Source: Rhodosorus marinus CCMP1338 (taxonomy: Eukaryota; Plantae; Rhodophyta). Taken from it: 64,000 nucleotides of DNA. The translations under genes and the position numbers were made by a program. The notes below the pieces were generated by a model, which worked only from the letters and a program-made list of their open reading frames with translations, did no database searches and was not told the origin of the DNA. Each line of letters starts with the position of its first letter. Within the stretch, counting starts at the first letter, position 1. Where the stretch lies: contig JAMWBK010000002.1 in the NCBI GenBank assembly GCA_029953675.1, forward strand, positions 62,001 through 126,000, given 5' to 3'. Shown piece by piece: positions 1-10,900 of this stretch.

Positions 1-1246
1 ATGAGAACACGAATACAACCCCTCGCCTTCTTCAGCAGTTGGCGACAGACTCTGAAGCTCAATTGGACTGGATCTAGCCACCTAGGAGCGCTACTCGATG
101 CCTGCACATCGACGAACCTGACCGAGCACCACCACATTCGACCCCTGCTCCACTCGACGGATCAACTTGGAGCACAACTAATCGAAGCGAGCCTCCACTC
201 AAAACGCTGCCTGGCACGAGGAACACCGGCCCCCATACTCCGCCTAACAGAATGGCAATCGTTGGAGAGCCAAGAACAAGCAGAGAACCCGCACACACCA
301 CCCGACAGGCCCTTGATCGGTTCAACCCAAAAACTCCTCTCCAACTGGAGTCACCGACGGGCATTCGAGGAAATGGTGGAGAACGCGGAGATCAGCGAGA
401 CGGCACGTGCGCGAATACGCTCCTGCAAGGGATCAGGAGGCGGTACTTGGCTGCGAGACTTGCCAAGGAAACACGGACGCGGCCTAAGTAGCGGAGAACT
501 GAACCTGAGCTTTCGACAACTGTTGGGATTGCCCCTGCCGAGCGTACGAATACTTAGTACGTGTACGATATGTTCCCAACCACACGACGCTGCAGGCATT
601 CAACGCCTCACCACTGCACCAGCTCTACCGGGAGCTGGACAATTCGGCATAACATGGTCAGGGACGCCCTGGCGACAGTGCTGAGACAATGGCGACTAGA
701 AGTGACAATAGAACCGACCGGACACTACCAAGGCAGTCGGCTTCGGCCTGACATTCTAGCCCGACACCCACGAACAGGCAAGCTCTACGTGATCGATGTG
801 AAGGTGACCTCGCCTTTGCAAAGAACACACCTACACAAAGCGTCTTGGGAGACCGGGTATGCGGCACGGAAAGCGGAAAAGTTTAAAGAGTCCAAATACC
901 GTGACAGTATCGGAGAACATAACGACGACATCTTCGTCCCCTTCTGCCTGGAAACATTTGGGCAGATGGGACAACAAGCGAATGAGTTCCTCAAGGAAGC
1001 GACTATACACCTGGATCAGCGGGCAACGCAAGTAAGTGAGGCTCGGGCGATCTTGAACCGCACTTTGTGGAAAGGAAACGCTATCCTTGCCACCCAGGCT
1101 CGTCGTGTCGACGAAGCAGACTATGACATCGTCCTTATCTTAGAACGTAGCCACACAACCCATTAGGGGTTTCTTTGCTGACCAATAGGATCCTTATTGC
1201 TTCTTAATGGGCTCCAATAGGGAGTTCTTCAGTAAAGTGTACGCGG
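1..1246 (+). mobile_element. CRE-like non-LTR retrotransposon family T2, 3' part (end of RT thumb, Zn knuckle, RLE endonuclease, 3'UTR)
   Basis: ORFs 1-684 and 561-1166 join through one frameshift into ARIRS..GTWL..CTIC..HC..RHNMVRDAL..RPDI..IDVKVTSP..KY..VPFCLETFG, the typical C-terminus of CRE/SLACS RLE elements. The 3'UTR ends ...GTACGCGG directly before the 16-mer core. Confidence 0.9.
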
Positions 1247-1259
1247 TTACGTTAGTCTG
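1247..1259 (+). repeat. Telomere-like target motif TTACGTTAGTCTG between T2 and T1
   Basis: Exact core located at the junction of a T2 3' end and a 5'-truncated T1. Confidence 0.9.
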
Positions 1260-2131
1260 CATTTCGCATGAACACCGGACGCGAATTCGATCGGCCGCCG
1301 GGTCAGGTTCGGGGATATGGCTGCGGGAGCTGCCGCTGCTGGAGCCCAAAAAGCTGACATCGAACCAATTACAGGTAAATGTCCGTCAACTCTTGGGATT
1401 GCCGATCCCTGGATTAAGGACGACGGAGAAGTGTAGCAGTTGTCGGCGTCCCCACGGTGCCAATGGGGTACAACGCTTTCAACACTGCCCTACGTCAACT
1501 GGGCTATGGCAGAGGAGACACGATGAGATCTGCACGGAATTGGCGAGATGGCTGAACCGTTGGAACTTTTTAGACATACAACAGGAGCCTACATCCTATT
1601 TCGAGAACTACCAGCTACGACCAGATATTATCGCGACCCACCCGAAGACGTTCCAGAGGTACGCTCTGGACGTGACGGTGACTTCACCGCTCCAGGATAA
1701 GTACTTGAGGCGCGGGAGTGGGGAGAGCGGGTATGCAGCGAAGATGGCGGAGAATTATAAATTGGCACACTACAAGGAAGCAATGGCGGTGGAGAAACCC
1801 AGCGACAAATTCGTCCCGATTGCGATTGAGACGTTTGGGCGGACAGGGAAGTTGGCACAAGATTTTTTACGGGATGGCTGCAAGCACCTCCTACATCGTA
1901 GCGAGGAGTTGAGCGACGTACGCGCTCAGCTAAACAGGCACCTTTGGCAGGGGAACGCAGAAGTCGCACTAGGCGCTCTGCGTGTGGACCAGCTGGACAA
2001 TCCAGTGGTCCCTGTTTTTTCTTTAGAACGTAGCATGCGACCCCGGTAGCGGGGTTATTGTAAGTAATTCTCTAGTTAGTGATAGACTCAGTGTTACGCC
2101 GCATTAGGCGGCTGCCCAATAAAGCTTACAG
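1260..2131 (+). mobile_element. Family T1, 5'-truncated copy (Zn knuckle, RLE, 3'UTR)
   Basis: ISHEHRTRIRSAAG..CSSC..HC..RHDEI..RPDI..LDVTV..VPIAIETFG..ERSMRPR*. Near-identical to 48448-49320. The 3'UTR ends AATAAAGCTTACAG. Confidence 0.92.
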
Positions 2132-2195
2132 TTACGTTAGTCTGGGGTAGTCTGGGGTACGTTAGTCTGGGGTAAGTGTACGCGGTTATCTGGGG
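2132..2195 (+). repeat. Degenerate tract of 16-mer units (TTACGTTAGTCTGGGG and partial units)
   Basis: One perfect unit (2132-2147), then TAGTCTGGGG, TACGTTAGTCTGGGG, a 12-nt T2 3'-end scrap and TTATCTGGGG. Confidence 0.88.
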
Positions 2196-2250
2196 TTATT
2201 GGATAAGGTTCGAAATTAAGTTTGTAGGTTTGGTTCGCCTGGGGTAAAAT

Positions 2251-3513
2251 ATGCCAAACACTGGCACTTCCCCTTCGTTTGGGGAGGGGAATTCGAAGAA
2301 TACCGGTGCAATGAGCGGAATGCTGCCTGCCTCTCCAATTGCTGAACGAGAGGACGGGCATGGGCCACATGATGGACTACAAGCGACTACTTTACGCCCA
2401 GAAGAACCGTGCCAGGAGGGGAGTCGGACAGAGCCTTCTACGTCATCCTCTCCCGCTAACACGTTCCTCCACCAACTTCGAAGCTACGATCAGTGCTATC
2501 ACGCCCTCGGAATTGGGGAGCAGGACATCGCGAACTTCTACAAAGCAGTCTTCAATCTCTACTCGCGAATTAACAGTACCACAGAGATACATAATGTCAC
2601 CAGCCGCCTCACGGAACTTGCACAGAAGCCCCACATGTGGCAAGCTTCTGCACAGACTTCGAATCCCTCGGGAGCTTCGGCGCATCACCGGCAGACGGCG
2701 GTGGTCAATCAACTTGCGGCTGGAACGGGCTTCAATCAAGTTCCGGTCGGGACAGGTGTCCCTGCGGGTGTCCGGTTTGAGACGGCTTTCCCGGCCCTTG
2801 GGAATGACACCCCCAGACCCACCTACGCGGCGGTTTCGGCGGTAGAAGTACCAGAGAACGGTGTAGAGACACCCATCCGCACCATGCGAAGGCCTGGGCC
2901 GCAGACGCAACATGCCGCCCTGAAGCAGTTACACGCCACAGTGGGAGGGGCCAGCTGGGGCCCTGAGACCACGCCAGTGCTTGTTACCCTCCGAAATATC
3001 CGTCCCCCACGACAGGATGAGGTGGCTGCTTCTGACTTCACTACGGTCCTATGCCGGGCGTTGGGCATTCCCGGCTCGTATGTGGCGCATCTGGACTTTA
3101 TCTCTTCACGCGTGAGCCTCGTGTGCCACCCTGATGCAATTCCTCTTCTCCAAAGCGCAATCAGCCGGGGTGTGTTCCGGACTGGGATTTTCGGATCCTT
3201 TACCATGCGACACCCCGATCGACAGGTAACCCTGCACACTGGACGCGGCTTAGAGGCTGATAACCTGTTAGGCTTCAACGAACGACAACGGCTCGCACCC
3301 GAGGATATCCCAGGCCAGACGCTGCAACGGGCCATCCAACAAATCATCCGTATAAGGACGCGGCTCGGAAAGCGACACCTGTCCTTCTCCACTCTCGCCG
3401 CCATTCATGAGATGCTGGAAGAACGCCTTGAGGAGCTCCAAGCCCCGCAATCTCCCTCAACGGTACCCGGGGAGAGCGCGGAACCCCCTGCGCCTGCAGC
3501 CGCTACGCAAGCA
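2251..3513 (+). CDS. Retrotransposon ORF1 (RRM-like), 3'-truncated and joined to a host gene
   Basis: Colinear homolog of ORF1 at 30015-31606 (FLHQL.SYD.CY.ALGIG..DIA.FY; LRN.RPPR.DEVA.SDFTTVLCRALGIP). Homology stops at GCTACGCAAGCA (3513). Confidence 0.85.
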
Positions 3514-6221
3514 AGTACGACGACCCGCGAACCTATGCGTATGAAAATTTTCCTCAGCCTTTATCGTACATCGACTATGGTCTCAGCCTCTCGAGGAGGA
3601 TGCTGGATATTATGTTCTTCAACGACGACGCCGAGGAGAACCAAAACGCGTACAATCTGATCCTCCTATCGGTTTCCGATATGCTTTACAACGCGCAACT
3701 AGCTGCCAACCGGACCTCGGACGAGACGGAGAAAGCTAAGTACACCTCGCTGGCCGGCAGGGCAATCTCTATCATCAAAGGTGCGAATCCGCTGACCACC
3801 TCCTCGGGTACGAATGCCAACCAGCTCAGCGTCATGAGCTTTACGTACCTGCTAGACTACCTTGAATCACAGCGTCAGCTCGGAGAATCCATGGAATACT
3901 ACTACGACGCCTACAGAAACAGCGTTGAGGACTCGGAAGCTTCTATGGAGCTCCTTTCCAACGCGACCAGTAACGCGCAGACGGGTATCGCCACGCAGTT
4001 AGCCAAGCAGCAGGCACTGATGGAGGAGATCATGGAGGTGAACCGGTCGATGTCGGTAGCTGATCAAAATATTTGGAAATACAAGAGCACGATGGAGATG
4101 CGGCAGGGTGATATGGACGAGTGTTGGCGTCAGGTCGAAAAGGCTGCTAAGTTCAACAAGGTGATGCAGTTTGTGAGCTTCTTTGCTGGCGTCTTTGACG
4201 CGGCATTCGCAGTGACCAAGGCAATGTCCAAAGTCAGCGGTTGGACCAAGAGTGATTCGCTCGCAGATACAACGAAGGCGGTGTTCTCCGGCATTGATGC
4301 CTGGAGTGGTGTCAAGTTTTCTATGATACCTTCGCTGACGAATGAAATGGTGGACTTCTTCCCTTCGCCTGGAGAAAGCGCCGACTGGTCAGGGTACGAA
4401 GTGAGCTACGAGGCGATCATGGCCGATATTGGACTTATCACGGATGGCACAGAGACGCTCGCGGATCCTCTGGAGAGCGTCTACAGTGCGGACGACTATG
4501 ATGAAGCCGTAGCGCTATCCGCGCAAGTAAACAAGGTCCAAAACTCGATAGGCAGTGCAATGGTGGCGCTTGACAGAAAAGAACTCGAAGACTACGTGGG
4601 GTACATGAAGAAAGAGTGCTACAGCTCGGCGACTGGATTTCTTCAGGCTTTCGATGGGCTGGAGATGTGGGTCAACCAAAAGAATGACCTCATCGCGCTC
4701 TACTCCTCGTATATGAGCTACCTCAAACAGGTCACCGCGACAAAGCTCTACCTAGAGAACGTTGTGGGTGCACTGGCGGTCGAAATGAAGAACAACATGA
4801 TCAACCCTGCCGCACCGGCCGTCAAGGCCGCTCACGAGACCAGCTATTTCCTTCTGATCTCCGATTTTCACCGAGATCTTGAGACCGTCTTGACCGCGAG
4901 AGACTATCTCATGATGGGCTCGGTGTCGTCGGTGGACACCGTTAGCCTTGCGGACTGTGAGTGGGAAGCTTCTCTTCTGGACGAATCATCGAGCTTATAC
5001 TTCAGCTGTGCAGCAGATGCAATCATTCAACTGCAAAAGTCACTCAAGAATTGGTACGAGACCGTTTATTCGCACGGCGAGCTGATGGAGTATGGCAGCT
5101 ACTGGGGCCCTTATAGTATCAACGCACAGACGGTAGGAGAGGATAACTGGACGGAGTTTCTGGAGACGGGGTCAATCAATTTTTGCGTTGACCCATCGCA
5201 TCCGGCGTTCAACAATCTCCCGGGGCTGGACGATCCGCTCTTCTTCCCTATGATTTCGATGGACAGCATGTTCGTCGTTTTCGACGGCGTGTCGCTTGAG
5301 AAGAGCCCAGTTATCGACATCACACACAAGAGCACGTCCGGAATCACTCGTGTTGCAGAGGCAGAGGATGATGAAGACTCGATGTACTACGTGAAGAGGT
5401 ATTCGCACTCCAACCGGGAGCGAACGTTTATGTACTTTGGGGGTGCTCCCGGGTATAGCGAGCTGGAAATGAAGGAGTGGATGGCATCTGACTACATCCG
5501 ACAGCACGCCGTGTTCTCGCAGGACAAATTTATCGACTTAAGCCCATTCAGCAACTATCAAATCGATGCCAGGCTCAGCGACATCGACGGTATTACCAAC
5601 GTTCGGATCTACTTCACTGGAAGCTACGTGAGGTCGCACTTTGCCGATGCCCTGAACTCGTCAAATCCAATCATGTGCAACTCTTTCGATTCGGCTGAGA
5701 CCCCGACCCCGACCCCGACCCCAATAGCGCCTCCGACTCCGACCCAGACACCAATAGCGACTCCTAATCAGACAGCAACGCCGACTCCGACTTCTACGAG
5801 GGCTCCTACGACGGCCCCGACGACGGCTCCCGCAGAAACATCGACCGAGCTACCGTTGCTAGAAATGGTGGCCCGAAAGGAGGAAGCTGATTGCAGTTCT
5901 TACAAGGTATCAGCAGAGAAGGTTGGATCCGTAACCAGGTTCTCCGGTGAGACAGTTAGTGCCTGTGTGATAACGTTTTCGTCTAAGGATGCTGGTGTAA
6001 ACCTGCCGAAGAGCCTCGAGATATCGTGGGAATGGCCCCAAAAGCCGAAGAGACTTTCGTGGGAGCAAGCGGATGGCATCGTCATCAGCTCAAACGAGGT
6101 TTTCGGCGTATTGAGCATCTCCTCTCGACTTCAGAGGTTATCCGAGGCAGTCACGGTTGCCATCTCTGACACCTGTCCAGACAATATCGAAATCGTCGCG
6201 GTTAACCGATCCGGGTGTTGA
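3514..6221 (+). CDS. 5'-truncated host protein: helical/coiled-coil region with hydrophobic segment, beta module, PT linker and C-terminal domain (putative pore-forming toxin-like)
   Basis: 873-aa ORF from ATG 3600; the frame is already open from the junction (KYDDPRTYAYENF..RRMLDI). Long heptad-like stretch, then VMQFVSFFAGVFDAAFAV, a SPFSNYQID..ITNVRIYFTG module and a (PT)n linker. The function call is inference only. Confidence 0.6.
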
Positions 6222-6636
6222 AAGACTTGAGATTATTGTGCCCGTATGCGGTGTGAAATTTTACTTCATGTTCCTGACTGTAAAGTAAGGAGTATAATAA
6301 ATTACACAGTATCGCCTTAAAGCGACGCCAAACCAATGTGTGGGACCCCGAAAAAAATTGTATTGCGCTTATTAGACCTCTTTTACTCCCAGTTTTGGTT
6401 TCGTGAGGGTGTATGGTGCTGGCTTTTGGTGGTTTTGAGTCGCTATTGTGTTCTTCGGTGGGAGGCGCTTCTTTCTGCAGCCTTTCCCCCGCATCTTCTA
6501 GTGGTGTGGTGCGTGCTGGGGGTTGCTAGCGCCCCTTGGAGGTCGTGGTGGTTTTTCTTTGGTTGCAAACGTTGGGAACAAGTTCTCTTTTTGGGGGTTT
6601 CGTGGAGGAATCGGTTTTTCACACCTTCCAATCGTT

Positions 6637-7935
6637 ATGGTTGGGGTTTCCCCACCCATTCCGGCGGACGGAGCCGTTCTCTCAGCGCGCGTGGAGCTCT
6701 GCGTGGGCGGGTTTAGTACCGCGGCCACCCTCACGGACTGCGCTGACGAGTTAGCCCATGGGATCTGCTCGAAACTGACGAGTCTTCTTGTGACTGCTTC
6801 CCAGGAACACCGCCTGCCCCTGCTGATCGCCTATTTGGAGCGCTTCTCCGCCTCCGCGCCTGCCCCATACCCCCCGGTGCCCGTCCCCGCGGATCCGCAC
6901 GGTACAGCGGGGCCTGCCTCCACCCGACCCGAGCGCTCCGCTCCGGTCATTCCTGATTCCGACTGGCCTACCCCTATTCAAGGACAGACGCCTCCTGGGC
7001 CCGCGTCGGGCCCGAATCCTGCTCCCTCCAGTGCCCCACGTGCGACCTATTCGCAGGTCCTACGCAGGGGCTCTTCTGAACAACGCACGACGGCAATGGT
7101 GCGTATGATGCCACAACACATCCCTATTGACTCTTCTCGCCAACTATCTCCGTTCCACTTTGTTTGGATGACGAACGTGCGTCCCCAGACCCCCTCTCGT
7201 GGTCGGGGCCGCGCGCCCGTCCACTACCGCGATTTTCGCGACACCATGGCTTCCTCCCTTGGGGTCGCCCCGTCTGAATTCCTATATGTGGACTTCACGG
7301 GCCCTCATGCCTGTTTTCTTGTTACTGACTCGGCTTACCAGTTCCTTCAATCGCTTGTAACCACCCCCGCGCCCCAGCGCTCTGCTCTGGCCAACATGAT
7401 ACTGACTCGTCCTCATGTCTCTTTGTTTGTCGAGTTCGATCGTTTTGACGCCGGCTGGGTTCCTCCGTCGGCCTTGCAAAACCTGGATGCCTCGCAGGCT
7501 TCGGTTGTCGCGCTACACACTCATGCGGCGCGGCTCTCGCGCATACAGGCGAGCCTCTTCGCGCGTTTTCCTCCTCGCGGGGTCCTCCGCACCGCGCTAG
7601 AGGCCTTCCTCTCCACTGAGGCCACCCTGCTGGAAGCTCACCCTGCGTTTGACCTTCTGCCGCCGACTCTTGAGCACCCTTCCTCCCCTCGCCCTGTCTC
7701 CGAGGCTCGTGACACCGACATGGCAGAAGCACCATCGGCCTCTCCGAATCCGCTGGCTCTGGACACCCTCAGTCAAGACTCCGCTGCTGAAAACCCTGTG
7801 TCTACTTTCTTCAGGTCTTTTAGTTCCTTCGTGCGCCCTCCACGTAAGCGTCGTGCGGCTCCTGAGCCTCCCTCCGAGGCACCTCCTCCGGATATTCGAT
7901 CTGCCTTCCCGACTGAGGGGAGGCCCGATGTCTGA
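6637..7935 (+). CDS. Family B ORF1 (RRM-like nucleic-acid-binding protein)
   Basis: Starts MVGVSP, as does family C ORF1 (MVGISP). Central WMTNVRP..DFRDTM..LG..YVDF..HACFLV motif is shared with T1 and C ORF1. Confidence 0.75.
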   Translation: MVGVSPPIPADGAVLSARVELCVGGFSTAATLTDCADELAHGICSKLTSLLVTASQEHRLPLLIAYLERFSASAPAPYPPVPVPADPHGTAGPASTRPERSAPVIPDSDWPTPIQGQTPPGPASGPNPAPSSAPRATYSQVLRRGSSEQRTTAMVRMMPQHIPIDSSRQLSPFHFVWMTNVRPQTPSRGRGRAPVHYRDFRDTMASSLGVAPSEFLYVDFTGPHACFLVTDSAYQFLQSLVTTPAPQRSALANMILTRPHVSLFVEFDRFDAGWVPPSALQNLDASQASVVALHTHAARLSRIQASLFARFPPRGVLRTALEAFLSTEATLLEAHPAFDLLPPTLEHPSSPRPVSEARDTDMAEAPSASPNPLALDTLSQDSAAENPVSTFFRSFSSFVRPPRKRRAAPEPPSEAPPPDIRSAFPTEGRPDV

Positions 7936-10900
7936 GTCTTCCTCCTCCGCGTGCGTGTCGTCCCGGTTACCCTTGTTTACCAGTGACCGCTCAGCCTGGC
8001 ATGAGCGTGTTCTCTCGTGGTTTTCGCACCTTGTCGCCTCCTACCCGGACGGTTCCCTTCCCCTTTGTCGTCAGAGCACGGCCGTACGGCTCCCTCGTCG
8101 ACTTCATAAGCCCCTAGGATTGGTGTTGGATTTTCTCTGGCAGCAGGTCGCCGCGAACCCTCACTGCTCTCTTCGCTGGGAACTCTTGTTCTTTTTTCCC
8201 CGCCTCGTGCTCACCTCCTCTACCGTCCCCCTCAACCCACATCCTCGCCGGGTCCACCCTCGCCGAAAACTGCAAATGTTCCTTTCCGGCGACTTTGAGG
8301 ACCTCGAACGTCTTTATTTCGCTTCTCTCTCTTCCTTTTCTCCTAGTGCTCCCTCAGCTTTTAGGTCTTCTCGACAGAATCGGGCGCGTCACGCGGTGGC
8401 AGGTGGTGATCTGCGGCGGGCAGCCGGGATCCTCCAGCAGCGGCAACCTGTGGTTCCATACTCCGATGATCTTTCTTCACCGCTCCGTTTGCTCTTTCCC
8501 TCGGAAGGCTCCCCTTGGGACTCCTCGTTTGAATCAGTGTTGGAAGAGTACCGCGCCGCGCCACATCCCAGTGCGCGGTTAGTGGTCAATCTGGAGGCGG
8601 TGCGTGAGTTGGTTCATGATGCTCCGAAGGGCCGTTCCCCAGGGCCCTCGGGGCTGCGGGTGGAATATCTCCGTTTCTTAAGTGATGAAGGTTTGAAGGC
8701 GTTGGCGTGGGTGGTCGAAGCGCTCGTGAATGGTGATCCCCTGTGTGAGTGTGCGTGGTTCTTGGTCGGGCGTTCGCAGTTGTGTCTGCTTTCGAAGCCC
8801 GGCCACACGGCCTCGAGCCCTGCTATTCGCCCTATTGGCCTGGTTGAGGTGGTCCGCAAATTGGCGGCGCGATGGTTAGTGAAAATCCTGGTTCCCGAAT
8901 CCCGCCGTTTCTTTGGGCACGTGCAGTTAGGCGTGGGCTATCGTGGTGGCTGTGAGTTGTTGTCTGTTTTACTCCGTTCGGAAATGGCGTACTCCCCAGA
9001 TTCTGGGCTCCTCTCTGTAGATTTTACCAATGCGTTCAACCGCGTCTCTCGTCCGGCTCTCATGCACGTGGTGCGCGAAGTCTTCCCTGTAGGCTTTCCC
9101 TTTGTTAGTAGACTTTATTCTCCGCTTGGTCGTGGGGCTACCTATGACACCCTTGGCGCTTCCTCACACACGTTTGCGGCGCGCACAGGGGTACAACAGG
9201 GTGATCCCTTGTCCCCTTTCCTACATGCCTGTGGACTACAACTCGTCTTGCTTTGTCTTCGCTCCGAATTCCCGCAGGTTCGTACGGTTGCATACCACGA
9301 CGACGTGTGCCTCCTGGGGCCCCCTGATACTCTAGCACTCGCTTATGATCGTCTCCGCTCCTTGGCTTCGCGGGTTGACCTGGAGGTTAATCATCACAAA
9401 TCGTTCTACTGGGGAGGTGTAGCTGCACAAGAGCAGCAGGTACCTGCGTCGTTCCAGGATATTTGGAGACCGGATGGTTTTGTCCACTTAGGCATCCCCT
9501 ACGGGTCGCCGTCCTTCGTTGAAGGCGAGTTGCTGCAGCTCCTCGGTAAGCACAGACAGCTGGTTGCAGAGCTTCGACGGCTACCTCCGGGCTTTCTCCA
9601 GTGCTCGTTGTTGCTGTTTCGGTATTGTTGCAGTCAGCGGTTAACCTATTGGCTTCGCTCACTTCCAACTCATTGGGGCCGGTGGTTGGCCACTCGTGCG
9701 GATGCTGAAAGTTTCCGTGACCTGGGGTATTTTCTCGATGAAGAGCTGAGCGCTCTGCCGCGACCCACCTGTGATGTTGTGCGCGCCCAGGTAGGCCTCC
9801 CATTGCGATTGGGGGGACTGGGCCTCTGCAATCGTGTTGTGGTCCAACCTGCAGCTGCAGTAGGGGCCTGGGGCACCGCACTTCCCACTTTCAGCAGCTT
9901 GGGTATCTGGAAGTTCCGCAATTTGATGGCGAGCCTCTCGCGGGGTGTCTTGCTTCCCAGCGTACCGGAAAGCGCCCAAGACTTGTTTCTGGAGCTCCAA
10001 ACCGCCCTGAATTCCTGTACTAGTCTCCCCGAAACCGTTCAACCCCGTCTTCCTGACTGGCGAGCTGTATTTGACCGCTCTCGAGGCTCCGCCCCGGGGA
10101 TTCGTCCTGCGCCTGAACCTGTTCTAGGGGAGATTGACACAGTGGTTGCCGCAGAAGAAGAAGTTCCAGTTGATCCTCCTGATGATTCCCAGCGCGCTGG
10201 GAGCCGAGCTCAAGCACGCACGGATGCGCTGCAAAATATCCTTTCTTGGGACTTGCACCGTGCTGCATATGGCCGACTCCTCGCGCAGATGGTCTCATCT
10301 TCTCGCGCTCGCGCCCGCCTACGTAGTCTTGGAGGGGTTCTTAGCTCTCAGTGGCTCATGACCGTACCAGCCTTTCCGCCACTCACACTGTCGGATTTCG
10401 AAGTGCGTACTTCACTGCGCTTATACCTCGGCTTACATCAGCCCCCTTGGCCGTACGAGATGGGTTCGTCGTGCCCTCTCTGCTCTCAGACTGAAGACAA
10501 CGCAGATTTTGGCGCCCACCTGCTCGCTAGTTGCCCGGCGGTGAAAGGTGCTCGAACCCGCCGCCACACACGGATCTTGAACCTGTTATACCGGGAACTT
10601 CGGCCTATAGTCCGGCAAGCCGGTCTGGAAATCGAACGTGAGAAACCTTTACCCGTCGCGGACTTTCAAAATGATGAACGCCGTGTAGCCGACCTGGTGA
10701 TCACCTGTGACGACAGCCGCCCTACCACATACGTTGATCTTGCTGTTCCTAACCCTCAAGCTAGTCGTTATCTCCCGGCTGCGGGGGAGCGCCGTGGATC
10801 TGCCGCCGCCAGCATGAGACGCCGCAAAGAGATCAAATACGCGGGGGCTTTGTCTTCCCCTGGTGTTCGTGCTTCGGCACTAGCACATCGCTTGGTACCC

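Larger units (their letters stand above)
931..6376. repeat. Left arm of a ~5.45-kb inverted duplication (partner 22356-27832)
   Basis: Reverse-complement identity with scattered SNPs, a 30-nt PT-repeat length difference and a 1-nt homopolymer difference. Confidence 0.95.

Noticed and set aside
1207-2049. 280-aa ORF as an independent gene (also 61196-62221 and 27062-27556)
   Set aside because: The N-terminus reads through the previous element's 3'UTR and the repeat; it is a chance fusion across a junction.
2132-2195. Spliced-leader, snRNA, tRNA or rRNA gene as the target, as for trypanosome CRE/SLACS
   Set aside because: No RNA gene context is recognisable around any copy; the flanks are only further repeat units or elements.
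7649-7927. 279-nt upstream extension of B ORF2 in the ORF track
   Set aside because: It has a non-ATG start overlapping ORF1; homology to other ORF2s begins at ATG 7928.
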